This document shows, in pieces, positions 25,100 to 36,447 of a stretch of 64,000 nt of DNA. The stretch is from Octopus sinensis (taxonomy: Eukaryota), in NCBI RefSeq assembly GCF_006345805.1, contig NC_043008.1, positions 17,980,001 to 18,044,000 of the forward strand, given 5' to 3'. A model generated the notes under the pieces. It was not told where the DNA came from and made no database searches. It worked only from the letters and a program-made list of their open reading frames with translations. Made by a program: the position numbers and the translations under genes. Position 1 is the stretch's first letter. Each line of letters begins with the position of its first letter.

Positions 25100-25625
25100 T
25101 CTGCTGCTACTACTACTCCTGCTACTACTACTGCTGCTGCTGCTGTTGCCACTACTACTACTTCTATACTGCCACTGCTGCTGTTGCTGCAACTACTACA
25201 TCTGCTACTCCTACTGCTGCTGCTGCTACTACTACTACTACTACTTCTATACTGCCACTGCTGCTGTTGCTGCTACTACTACTACTACTTCTATACTGCC
25301 ACTGCTGCTGTTGCTGCTACTACTACTACTACTACTACTTCTATACTGCCACTGCTGCTGTTGCTGCAACTACTACATCTGCTACTCCTACTGCTGCTGC
25401 TGCTACTACTACTACTACTACTTCTATACTGCCACTGCTGCTGTTGCTGCAACTACTACATCTGCTACTCCTACTGCTGCTGCTGCTGTTGCCACTACTA
25501 CTACTTCTATACTGCCACTGCTGCTGTTGCTGCAACTACTACATCTGCTACTCCTACTGCTGCTGCTGCTGTTGCCACTACTACTACTTCTATACTGCCA
25601 CTGCTGCTGTTGCTGCTACTACTAG
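25100..25625. repeat. (CTA/CTG) higher-order minisatellite
   Basis: Recurring unit cttctatactgccactgctgctgttgctgc...actactacatctgctactcctactgctgc. Confidence 0.93.
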
Positions 25626-26089
25626 CCAAATTGTCACGCTGTGAGGCTGAACCCCGAACCACGAGGTTGCCCATATAATGTGCAACTTTGCTGACAGGCA
25701 GGTCGTTTGAATCGAAATTCTTCGAAGTATTTATTCCTGTCATGTGTATTACTTTCAAAGATACAATAAAGTTGGAATTTTCAATTCATATAAAAACATT
25801 TCAATAAGATTTAAAAGTTATATTTCTCAGATGCCATGAGAAAAGCAGAAATATTTTATATGGCTAAACTAAAGATAAAAAGAGCTTTTTGACGCTAATG
25901 TTAAATTTCGATTTCATAGTTACAAGCACAACAAAGTGACAACGGTCCATGATGCACTGTTAAGTGTCTTAGGCGTGTAATGTTCTCGGAATACCCGAGG
26001 GAAGCTTTTCGAATGAATAAATTTTAAAATTCGCAAATATGTGATGATTGCATCTGAAACTCTATCAATGGGGTATTTTGCTTTGTTGT

Positions 26090-26215
26090 AGTAACAGTAG
26101 TAGTAGTAGTAGTAGCAGCAGCAGCAAAAGCAGTAATAGGTACAATCTTTGTCACCGCAGTAGTAGTAGCGACAGCAACAACTGTAGTAACATTATTAGC
26201 GGCAATAGCAGCAAC

Positions 26216-26250
<35 letters not shown>

Positions 26251-26365
26251 CTGCAGTAGATGTAATAGTGGCAGTATTAGTAGCAGCAACAGAAGCAGCA
26301 GCAGTAGTAGTAGTAGTATTAGCAGCAGCAACAGCAGCAGTGACAGTAGTTGTAATAGTAGTAGT

Positions 26366-26406
<41 letters not shown>

Positions 26407-26545
26407 TAGTAGTAGTAGCAACAGCAGCAGTGGCAGTAGTAGTATTAGTAGTAGTAGCAGTAGAAGAAGCAGAAGTAGCAGCAGCTGTAATAGTAGTAGT
26501 AGTAGTAGTAGTGGTAGTAGTAGCAGAAGTAACAGCAACAGTAGA
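26090..26545. repeat. (TAG/CAG) trinucleotide tract
   Basis: Direct reading. Confidence 0.93.
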
Positions 26546-27393
26546 GAATCGTAGTTAAGATGCATTGCACGATATTCTGCAGCAGCAGTTTCTAATGAAA
26601 AATGATAATTCATACACATCTATAATTGTATTTGAATTATAATTTTATAATTACAGTAGCTGCTGCGAGAAGGAAATCTTGAAATTGTGCTTTTGGGGTT
26701 GGGGGAAGATAGATTGTTGTTTTCTTAACGTTCATGTTCGTTTTCACTCATGAAATTAAAAAAGAAACACGAAAGCATGATTGAAAGATAACAAGAAAGT
26801 GATATTGTATGTGTGTTAGTGTCAGTGTTTGTGTATGAGAGTATGCACATGGTCGTGTGATTGAGTGTGTGTGAAAGAGACAGACAAACAGAAAGACAGA
26901 GAGAGGAGGGGGAAACATGGCCAAACACGAAAGCATGGCAGTTATTTATTCAATAAATTGCTAGCCCAAATTTGACTTGAAACAATTTGAACTGACGTGG
27001 TGTTGCCAAATGTACACTGTATGTGGCAACTATTTCTGAAAAGTAAAACAAAAGGTCGTGGCATTCAGCGAGAGATGTTTCATAGTCAGATTAGAATGGT
27101 TTGGTCTGCGGTGGTCTGGTCTGGTCTGGTCTGGTCTGGCACGGTGTGGAGGTTTTTATAAAAGATAGAAATCAATATTTTTGGTTATGAATAACTTATC
27201 TTATGCTAAGTAACACCAAGTTGTGTCCTATGATCAGAAATTTGAATTACGTGTATATAAAAACAAAATATAGCAGGATTAAATATAAGAGCTAAAGAGA
27301 AACGGTTGTAGATATAAATAATTATTAAGCTCCATATTTGGAAGCATGCGTGCACATATATAAAGGTATAGGTACACACACACACACACGCAC

Positions 27394-27425
<32 letters not shown>

Positions 27426-27427
<2 letters not shown>

Positions 27428-27813
27428 GCGTAGGAGTGGCTGTGTGGTAAGTAGCTTGCTTACGAACCACATGGTTTCGGGTTCAGTCCCACTGCGTGGC
27501 AACTTGAGCAAGTGTCTTCTACTATAGCCTCGGGCCGACCAAAGCCTTGTGAGTGGATTTGGTAGACGGAAACTGAAAGAAGCCTTTCGTATATATATGT
27601 ATATATATATATATATATATATGTCTGTGTGTGTGTGTCCTCCCAACATCACTTGCGGGTGTGTTTACGTCCCTGTAACTTAGCGGTTCGGCAAAAGAGA
27701 CCGATGGAATAAGTACTGGGCTTACAAAGAATAAGTCCCGGGGTTGATTTGCTCGACTAAAGGTGATGCTCCAGCATGGCCGCAGTCAAATGACTGAAAC
27801 AAGCAAAAGAGAG
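27426..27813 (+). mobile_element. tRNA-derived SINE family B with internal microsatellite
   Basis: Head ggcgtaggagtggctgtgtggtaag...ggttcagtccc, cttgagcaagtg core, (TA)n(TG)n middle, tail ...gactgaaacaag..aaagag. Confidence 0.88.
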
Positions 27814-28240
27814 ATATATTGTTGTGTTGTTCCTTCTCAAGCTATGCGTGGCTCATAGGGCCGATTTCCCGGTTTCTTTGGCGTATAGGTTCCACAATCA
27901 GCAACAAACATCAACACCGTTGAATTCGCCACTTTTCTCTCCACCACCAAAACCACTGCCTTTCACATCCCTTACTTATCACGGTCATACTTGACCGCCT
28001 AAGCTACCCCCACCACCACCACCACTACCATCATCACCGTCGCCTCCGCCTCTATCACAAATACAGCTCATACTATTACTATCACCCCATTACCATCTCA
28101 ACTGTCAATCTACTACCGCCGTCACCGTCTCAATGCCTACTATTACTCTCACTCCAGCAAGAGGAGTAGAAGAAGTGTTATTGAATATTGAGAGTGGGGG
28201 TCAAATCGTGACACACTGACACACAGAAATTCGTTTCCGC

Positions 28241-28290
<50 letters not shown>

Positions 28291-28332
28291 GAGTGAGGGA
28301 GAGGAATATATATGTGTGTGTGTATATATTTA

Positions 28333-28420
<88 letters not shown>

Positions 28421-29089
28421 GATAAGTATTCTATATTGTGTTTGCATAAATATTGGAGGAATTTCGAAATGATACGATCACGTAGTCTATAATATCCTCA
28501 TGGGAACGCGCATAAGTTTTGATAATTTGATAATATGATCTTAAATTGAGTGGATCAATGTCTCACAGAATTTTAACCTGACCTATTCATTCGAAACAAA
28601 TAACAGTAAGGTGACATAAATACACAGATGGGAATGAAACTAAACTTGTTTCAAAGAAAATATATCCCACTGGCAAAACTCATTTCGAAATTTCAGTCGC
28701 CATTAAAAGTAAAATTAACATTCAGACGCCATTTTGACATTTCACCAGCTACGAGGGAAATTTCACTTAATTAAGTATTGTTTGTGAACATCTTCCCGTT
28801 GTTTCCCTCTTTCGCCTTTACACTTATTTATCTTAATGAAATAAATTCTTAATTTCCTGTAATTATCCCCACCTTTTCTTGCGGAGTTCCTGACAATGGA
28901 GGCAAGATTGTTTTCTAATTTCTCAGCGAAAAGGCAAAGTTCAATTAATTAACATTTTTTTTTTCCAACACATTTCTTGAGACTATCACTCGGTGACGGT
29001 TTTTTCTTTTGGTAGGGGAGGGCGGGTTTCAATTTTCATACTGTTTACCATGATTTAATTCTTCCTTTAGCTAAATCCATTCTTTTAGT

Positions 29090-29135
<46 letters not shown>

Positions 29136-29423
29136 TCCGTAATAATGAAGGGCGAAATTAATTAATTTGGAATAATTATCAATTACACCAAGTAGTCTTC
29201 GGCATGTAAAAGCCTCATTCGAGGGAAATTTAAGTAATACTAAGCAATAAGGGTTTAGCAACGAATTGCCTTACCACATACCGAATTTAGAAATAGCAGT
29301 CAAAGGGTTATAGCTATTCTTCTACTAAAAAGGAGATCTCAGTAAAAACAGCAATTGGAAGGCTGACACAAACAGGTAAGAGAGAATGAATTAACTGCAA
29401 TCTATCAAACATTTTTAAAGTTA

Positions 29424-29530
29424 TCTACGGACGTACGTTTCGAAATCAAGTTTTTAGGAAAGCATAAGAATTAAATATTAAATATTAAATAATTCTATCT
29501 TACCGAAACTTCTTTTCTCTTCAGCGTAGA
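29424..29530 (-). ncRNA. Type I hammerhead ribozyme, array unit 1
   Basis: On the minus strand: helix I TCTACG/CGTAGA, core CTGAAGA, helix II GAAA-AG-AAGTTT...AAACTT-GA-TTTC, GAAA, palindromic helix III ACGTACGT, GUC cleavage. Confidence 0.85.
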
Positions 29531-30024
29531 ATACTATAATCATAAATGATTATATATTGAATTTTGAGATACTAGGAGGCACCAACTCAACTCAGTATCA
29601 GAGCGAGCTAGAATCCGCAACTAGTATCACCGAATTCAAATTTGTGAATGAAACGATTGTGTCAACAGCCCCTTCCCACCCGCGTGTAGCCAAAACAAGA
29701 TGCTGTGGTCATCTACTGAGATAAAATATGGTTATCCGTAATAATGAAGGGTGAAATTAATTAATTTGGAATAATTATCAATTACACCAAGTAGTCTTCG
29801 GCATGTAAAAGCCTCATTCGAGGGAAATTTAAGTAATACTAAGCAATAAGGGTTTAGCAACGAATTGCCTTACCACATACCGAATTTAGAAATAGCAGTC
29901 AAAGGGTTATAGCTATTTCTTCTACTAAAAAGGGAGATCTCAGTAAAAACAGCAATTGGAAGGCTGACACAAACAGGTAAGAGAGAATGAATTAACTGCA
30001 ATCTATCAAACATTTTTAAAGTTA

Positions 30025-30124
30025 TCTACGGACGTACGTTTCGAAATCAAGTTTTTAGGAAAGCATAAGAATTAAATATTAAATAATTCTATCTTACCGA
30101 AACTTCTTTTCTCTTCAGCGTAGA
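30025..30124 (-). ncRNA. Type I hammerhead ribozyme, array unit 2
   Basis: Same core; 7-nt deletion (one AAATATT) in the helix II loop only. Confidence 0.85.
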
Positions 30125-30618
30125 ATACTATAATCATAAATGATTATATATTGAATTTTGAGATACTAGGAGGCACCAACTCAACTCAGTATCAGAGCGA
30201 GCTAGAATCCGCAACTAGTATCACCGAATTCAAATTTGTGAATGAAACGATTGTGTCAACAGCCCCTTCCCACCCGCGTGTAGCCAAAACAAGATGCTGT
30301 GGTCATCTACTGAGATAAAATATGGTTATCCGTAATAATGAAGGGTGAAATTAATTAATTTGGAATAATTATCAATTGCACCAAGTAGTCTTCGGCATGT
30401 AAAAGCCTCATTCGAGGGAAATTTAAGTAATACTAAGCAATAAGGGTTTAGCAACGAATTGCCTTACCACATACCGAATTTAGAAATAGCAGTCAAAGGG
30501 TTATAGCTATTTCTTCTACTAAAAAGGGAGATCTCAGTAAAAACAGCAATTGGAAGGCTGACACAAACAGGTAAGAGAGAATGAATTAACTGCAATCTAT
30601 CAAACATTTTTAAAGTTA

Positions 30619-30725
30619 TCTACGGACGTACGTTTCGAAATCAAGTTTTTAGGAAAGCATAAGAATTAAATATTAAATATTAAATAATTCTATCTTACCG
30701 AAACTTCTTTTCTCTTCAGCGTAGA
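30619..30725 (-). ncRNA. Type I hammerhead ribozyme, array unit 3
   Basis: Core and helices match unit 1. Confidence 0.85.
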
Positions 30726-30976
30726 ATACTATAATCATAAATGATTATATATTGAATTTTGAGATACTAGGAGGCACCAACTCAACTCAGTATCAGAGCG
30801 AGCTAGAATCCGCAACTAGTATCACCGAATTCAAATTTGTGAATGAAACGATTGTGTCAACAGCCCCTTTCCACCCGCGTGTAGCCAAAACAAGATGCTG
30901 TGGTCATCTACTGAGATAAAATATGGTTATCCGTAATAATGAAGGGTGAAATTAATTAATTAATTGATTATAGTAT

Positions 30977-31083
30977 TCTACGTTGAAGAGAAAAGAAGTT
31001 TCGGTAAGATAGAATTATTTAATATTTAATATTTAATTCTTATGCTTTCCTAAAAACTTGATTTCGAAACGTACGTCCATAGA
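30977..31083 (+). ncRNA. Hammerhead ribozyme, mutated copy (inverted unit)
   Basis: Core reads TTGAAGA (C3U) and the helix I 3' strand reads CATAGA instead of CGTAGA. Confidence 0.7.
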
Positions 31084-31577
31084 TAACTTTAAAAATGTTT
31101 GATAGATTGCAGTTAATTCATTCTCTCTTACCTGTTTGTGTCAGCCTTCCAATTGCTGTTTTTACTGAGATCTCCCTTTTTAGTAGAAGAAATAGCTATA
31201 ACCCTTTGACTGCTATTTCTAAATTCGGTATGTGGTAAGGCAATTCGTTGCTAAACCCTTATTGCTTAGTATTACTTAAATTTCCCTCGAATGAGGCTTT
31301 TACATGCCGAAGACTACTTGGTGTAATTGATAATTATTCCAAATTAATTAATTTCACCCTTCATTATTACGGATAACCATATTTTATCTCAGTAGATGAC
31401 CACAGCATCTTGTTTTGGCTACACGCGGGTGGGAAGGGGCTGTTGACACAATCGTTTCATTCACAAATTTGAATTCTGTGATACTAGTTGCGGATTCTAG
31501 CTCGCTCTGATACTGAGTTGAGTTGGTGCCTCCTAGTATCTCAAAATTCAATATATAATCATTTATGATTATAGTAT

Positions 31578-31684
31578 TCTACGCTGAAGAGAAAAGAAGT
31601 TTCGGTAAGATAGAATTATTTAATATTTAATATTTAATTCTTATGCTTTCCTAAAAACTTGATTTCGAAACGTACGTCCGTAGA
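31578..31684 (+). ncRNA. Type I hammerhead ribozyme, inverted unit
   Basis: TCTACG-CTGAAGA-GAAA...TTTC-GAAA-CGTACG-TC-CGTAGA is intact; cleavage after 31678. Confidence 0.85.
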
Positions 31685-32011
31685 TAACTTTAAAAATGTT
31701 TGATAGATTGCAGTTAATTCATTCTCTCTTACCTGTTTGTGTCTGCCTTCCAATTGCTGTTTTTACTGAGATCTCCCTTTTTAGTAGAAGAAATAGCTAT
31801 AACCCTTTGACTGCTATTTCTAAATTCGGTATGTGGTAAGGCAATTCGTTGCTAAACCCTTATTGCTTAGTATATATATATATATATATATAATAACAAT
31901 TTAACAAATAAAACATATGCATACATACATATATGTACGTACCTACATCTATATGTATATATACATGCATATATATATATATATGAGTACAGGGTCCTCC
32001 AAGTAAGTTTT

Positions 32012-32057
<46 letters not shown>

Positions 32058-32374
32058 TATATATATATATATGCGTGTGTGTGTGTATGTGCGTGTGTGT
32101 GTGTGTATACTTGTTTCATTAATTGGACTGCGGCCATGTTGGGGCACCGCTCTGAGCGGTTTACTCGAAAAAAACTTCCCCTATTAATTTTCAGCATGCT
32201 ACTTCATTCTGTCGTTCTCTTCTACTGTACCACTGGGTTACGAGGGCGTACAAAAAACCAGCACCGGTTGTCAGGCTATATAAGGACAAGCAGAATGACA
32301 AAACCGAAGGTACACACGCCCGCACACAAAAACACATACCTACAGACAAACAACCGCTATATATATTTTCTCTT

Positions 32375-32573
32375 TTTTTTTCTTTTTTCAGTTATTTAGC
32401 TGCGGCCATTCTGTAGCACCGCGTTTAGTCGAACAAATCGACCCCAGGACTTATTCTTTTTAAGCCTAGTGCTTATTCTATCGATCTCTTTTGCCCAACC
32501 GCTGAGTTACAGGGACGTTAACGAACCAACATCGGCTGTGAAGCGAAGGTGGAGAAACAAACGCATACATACA

Positions 32574-32580
<7 letters not shown>
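32375..32580 (-). mobile_element. SINE family B tail (host of the PLE insertion)
   Basis: 3' half ends at the (TA)n abutting the PLE. Confidence 0.78.
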
Positions 32581-32640
<60 letters not shown>

Positions 32641-32850
32641 GCGAGAAAGAAGCAACAAGAATGGATAGGTTTTTAGTACGATCGTTTCATACAAGGACAG
32701 GTTTTATTAAAAGTTGCAAAGATTACAGGATATAAACGAGTCCCGTACTCATCAGCTAAAATACATGTAAGTTCTCTAGACATCCTAGTGTTTGAGGCTA
32801 TACTCATGAAGTAATGTAGATAATTAAACAGATTTCTAAAGTTCATTAAA
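32641..32850 (-). repeat. Inverted pseudo-LTR copy (left arm, 210 bp)
   Basis: Reverse complement of 36448-36657; the differences seen are ggTttt/ggCttt and caGgat/caGcat. Confidence 0.93.
32671..32761 (-). ncRNA. Type I hammerhead ribozyme (inverted pseudo-LTR copy)
   Basis: Same core and helices as 36537-36627, on the minus strand; both substitutions lie in the distal helix II extension. Confidence 0.83.
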
Positions 32851-32869
32851 TCTATCTTGGATACTGTAA

Positions 32870-35074
32870 ATCTATAGTAAATCTATCCTGGATACTGTTC
32901 TACCCCAAATAACCCCTCTTCTCCCCTTAAACCTATGGCTAAGTACCGACGAAGTTCTAAAATGGTTTAACTCTCTAACTAATACTAGTAGTCTGTCCTT
33001 TATTCAGTTCGATATTAATAGTTATTACTCTAGCATTTCCCCTATCTTACTCAACAAATCACTAATATTTGCCATGAATCGCTCCCTCATAACTAGAGAA
33101 GAAATCAATATTGTGCTACTAGCTAGGAAGACATTTATTGAATTTGAAGATAAATTATGGACTAGAGCAGATACACCAAAGTTTTTTGATATACCAATGG
33201 GTTCCAGTGATTCGGCTGAGGTAACCAACCTAGTAGGCGCATATCTATTAAAATGCATAAGCAAGGATATCCCAGAAATACAGGGGGGTCTATATAGGGA
33301 TGATGCTCTGTTTGTTATCCCTAGTAATAATAAATCTGTTATAGAAAGGATTAGAAAGAAAATTAATAAGTTCTTTAAGGATTTCAACCTCAGTATAACG
33401 TATGAACCGGGCACTAAAATAGCTAATTTCCTAGATATTACCCTAGACCTTAACTCCAAGCTACATTACCCATTTAGAAAGGAAGGCGAAGTCACGAATT
33501 ACGTAAATAAATTATCAAATCATCCCCCAAATATAATAGAATCTTTAGTAAGAAATATTTCATTAAGAATTTCAAAATTATCATCCAATAAGGATATATT
33601 TAACTCCCATTCTGAGCATTATAATGCGGCGTTAACTAAGGCTGGATACAACCAAAAGATTACATTCGTTGATAAGGGGAACTCACGTATTCCTAATAAT
33701 GAAGTTATCAGTAATCACGTAAGCAGCAAAAAACACCAAGCCCGAAATAAAAGTAGAATTAAATTAACGGTAAACGCTAATCTAGAGTACAGGCCCAACA
33801 ATTCAAATAGAAGCATTGACCAGAACATAGGTAACTCGGATAAGATTGAAGTAGATAAACCTAAGATGCACACAAATAAAAATAAAAATAATGGTAATAA
33901 ATACAATAACTCCGGTGAGATGAATAGTAGTAATTCTACGAACCCTAAATTTTATAAAAAACATATATTATGGCTGAATATTCCTTTCAACTGTGCGATA
34001 CAATCGGATATACAGAACAAATTCAAAGTGATTCTGGAAAAAAATTTCCCTATCTCTCATAGATATCATAGAATTATTTCTAGGAAAACAGTTAGGATTT
34101 CTTATTCAACCCTCCCAAATATGTCCACTTTAATAGCTAAAATTAATAATAACAACATTAAACTAGCCAGGAAAGATAAAAATAAAAATAATAATATCAG
34201 CATGAATACCAATAGCAATAACAATAATACTACCAACAATAAAAACAGCAATAGGAACTATCAAAACATAGGTGAAATTAGTAACCACAGAATGACTAAT
34301 AACATTAACATTAATAGTAATAATAACAATGCCGATATTAATAGAAATAATATTGTTAATAATAGAAATAATAGAAATAAGGCTAATGGAGAAAATAAGG
34401 AGAATGAAAATATCAGTGATATCTATAACAATAATATGCAGTTGGATAAAAAGACTAACAATAATAATAACATTACGAATAATATAAGAAATCTTGGTAG
34501 GACTTTACACCTAAATGATGAAACAGAAGGATCAATAAATAATAGCAATACTTTAGATATCAGCACCAACTATAGAAATGATAATCAAAATAATAGGAAC
34601 CTTAAACATCTACCCAGGAATAATCCAAGGCCTGAAGTTGTTCCTCCTGTGTGTAAGTGTAGAATAAAATCAAAATGCCCGGCACCTGGTCTATGTAGGG
34701 AAAATAATGTAATCTATAAATGTACCATATCCACGGAGAATAACAAATATTTTTACATTGGCTGTACAATTAATTTTTTAGCCAGAGTTAGAAATCACAT
34801 CTCGACTTTTAAATTACGTCATAAAGCTGGTACCACCACACTTTCAAACAAAATCTGGGAACTCAAAAATAATAATAAAAATTATACCCTTAATTGGGAA
34901 ATAGTTAGGAGAGCAATTCCGTATAAAAATAGTAGGGTTGGTTGTCAACTATGCTGCATGGAGACGTACGAAATTCTAAAGCATAGTAAACATAGAAACT
35001 TATTGAATAACCATATCGAACTAGGTCAAGTTTGTGTCCACGCTAAATTGAAGACTTTAAAATATTTTAAATGA
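32870..35074 (+). CDS. Penelope-like element (Neptune-like) RT + GIY-YIG endonuclease ORF, 5'-truncated within RT
   Basis: The frame is open from 32870 (stop at 32867-69) to the stop at 35074; the first ATG (33074) is internal to RT. RT motifs: IQFDINSYYSSI, FDIPMGSSDSAE, GLYRDD (YRDD at 33293). Thumb HPPNII...YNAALTKAGY; linker ILWLNIPF...VRISYSTLPNM; Cys cluster CKCRIKSKCPAPGLC; GIY-YIG as VIY (34709) and YIG (34754); C-terminal CQLC. No stops or frameshifts. Confidence 0.93.
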   Translation: MYSKSILDTVLPQITPLLPLNLWLSTDEVLKWFNSLTNTSSLSFIQFDINSYYSSISPILLNKSLIFAMNRSLITREEINIVLLARKTFIEFEDKLWTRADTPKFFDIPMGSSDSAEVTNLVGAYLLKCISKDIPEIQGGLYRDDALFVIPSNNKSVIERIRKKINKFFKDFNLSITYEPGTKIANFLDITLDLNSKLHYPFRKEGEVTNYVNKLSNHPPNIIESLVRNISLRISKLSSNKDIFNSHSEHYNAALTKAGYNQKITFVDKGNSRIPNNEVISNHVSSKKHQARNKSRIKLTVNANLEYRPNNSNRSIDQNIGNSDKIEVDKPKMHTNKNKNNGNKYNNSGEMNSSNSTNPKFYKKHILWLNIPFNCAIQSDIQNKFKVILEKNFPISHRYHRIISRKTVRISYSTLPNMSTLIAKINNNNIKLARKDKNKNNNISMNTNSNNNNTTNNKNSNRNYQNIGEISNHRMTNNININSNNNNADINRNNIVNNRNNRNKANGENKENENISDIYNNNMQLDKKTNNNNNITNNIRNLGRTLHLNDETEGSINNSNTLDISTNYRNDNQNNRNLKHLPRNNPRPEVVPPVCKCRIKSKCPAPGLCRENNVIYKCTISTENNKYFYIGCTINFLARVRNHISTFKLRHKAGTTTLSNKIWELKNNNKNYTLNWEIVRRAIPYKNSRVGCQLCCMETYEILKHSKHRNLLNNHIELGQVCVHAKLKTLKYFK

Positions 35075-36447
35075 TTGGAATATTCATAACTAGATAGATA
35101 GATATAACTTGATTTCTACTAGTATAGCACTGCTTTAAGTAGATAACTAAGAGTTCTCACATTACAGTTATCTTTATCTTTTTCCTTATATCTGCATCAG
35201 TTTTTTGAGAACAGGGAAATGAATAGTACTTATTCGCTACTTAATTGAGGCTTTATTTAATTTCAAACTCACAATTTTTAAATTCTTAATTTCAAATCTT
35301 AATTGTAATATTTAATTTTAATTCCTAACTTAATCTAATTTAAGTAGCATAACTCTAATAAATTATAATGAGTTACTGTAGCCCCATAATTCTATTTCAT
35401 AATTAAATAAATAAGGCTATTCCCTCGGTGATAATATGATTATCTTCATTATGATAGACAATCCCCTAACACCTTGTAAATGATCTTATAAGATTTGACC
35501 TGTAGTCAGTCAATGTATGAATAATAACGACAACTCCTTAAGACAATAAAATGAATAAATTAAATAAGTAAATTTTTAATGACTTTTTGATAAGATTATA
35601 CTTAGATTTTCCTAATGTATTTTCTGGTGATTTTAGCATCTGACCCCTTAACCCCTGACTGTGTTATCTCTTTAGATTCTCTTTAAACTCATAGCTGATT
35701 TCAACAGCAATAAATTAACGGTTTACTGGTCAAAGAATAATATTCTCCTCTAGTTCCTAGATGCCTGCTGATTAAAACCAGACTTGCAGTCTACTAACTC
35801 TTCTGTATAACTAGGACCCTCTTTTTTTCTTTTTCTTTTTTTCCCTTTTTTTCCCTTCTTTCCCTATTTCTTTCTCTTTTCTCTTTTTTCTTTTTCTTTT
35901 TCTTCTTCTTATTCTCTGTTTCCTTTTCTCTTCTCTTTTAGTCCCCCTTTCCCCCCCCCTTTTTGCTCCCTCCTCCATTATTTTCTCTCTTTTCTTCTAT
36001 TCCCTTCTCTATTCTTGGCCGATCTAGAAAGCCCTTCAGCCTTTAAGAGTTAAATAGCTACAGCCTCTTGTGAATAGCAGTAATGTGATTAATGTGGCAA
36101 ATACCTAATCATATAACAAGGATTGATACCTACCTCATTGTGTTCAACCATTGTAAAATTTATCGCCTGTGAATATGAAATTCATCTCCATTTCTCTGGA
36201 AATTTACATCTACACCATTGGAATCTGTGCATCTATACAAAGGATTAATTCACCCTCTCTGTAATGCTAATAAGCAGGAATTGAGACCCACCTTGTTGTA
36301 ATTAACAATGGATAAATTTGTCTTCTGTGAGTATATAATCCCTCATCATATCTATGGAAATTCATATGGATTAGGTCACCTTCTCTGTGATGCTATCAAA
36401 ACTTTTTTAAAATTCTGTGATAAGACTGTACATCATCTTTAAAGAAC

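Larger units (their letters stand above)
29132..31872. mobile_element. HHR-containing ~600-bp tandem + inverted array (retrozyme-like, probably PLE-derived, non-autonomous)
   Basis: Near-identical units start at 29132, 29731, 30325 and 30926 (partial). Orientation inverts at ~30960, giving reverse copies at 30965-31377 and 31378-31872. (TA)n on both flanks; no ORF. Confidence 0.9.

Noticed and set aside
25146-25678. Antifreeze-glycoprotein or mucin-like Thr/Ala coding region
   Set aside because: The frame shifts between repeat units; no signal peptide or splice support.
29132-31872. CRISPR array or host gene duplication
   Set aside because: Units are contiguous ~600-bp copies with no unique spacers or ORFs, in a eukaryotic context.
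33025-33459. 144-aa minus-strand ORF
   Set aside because: Antisense shadow of the PLE RT ORF.
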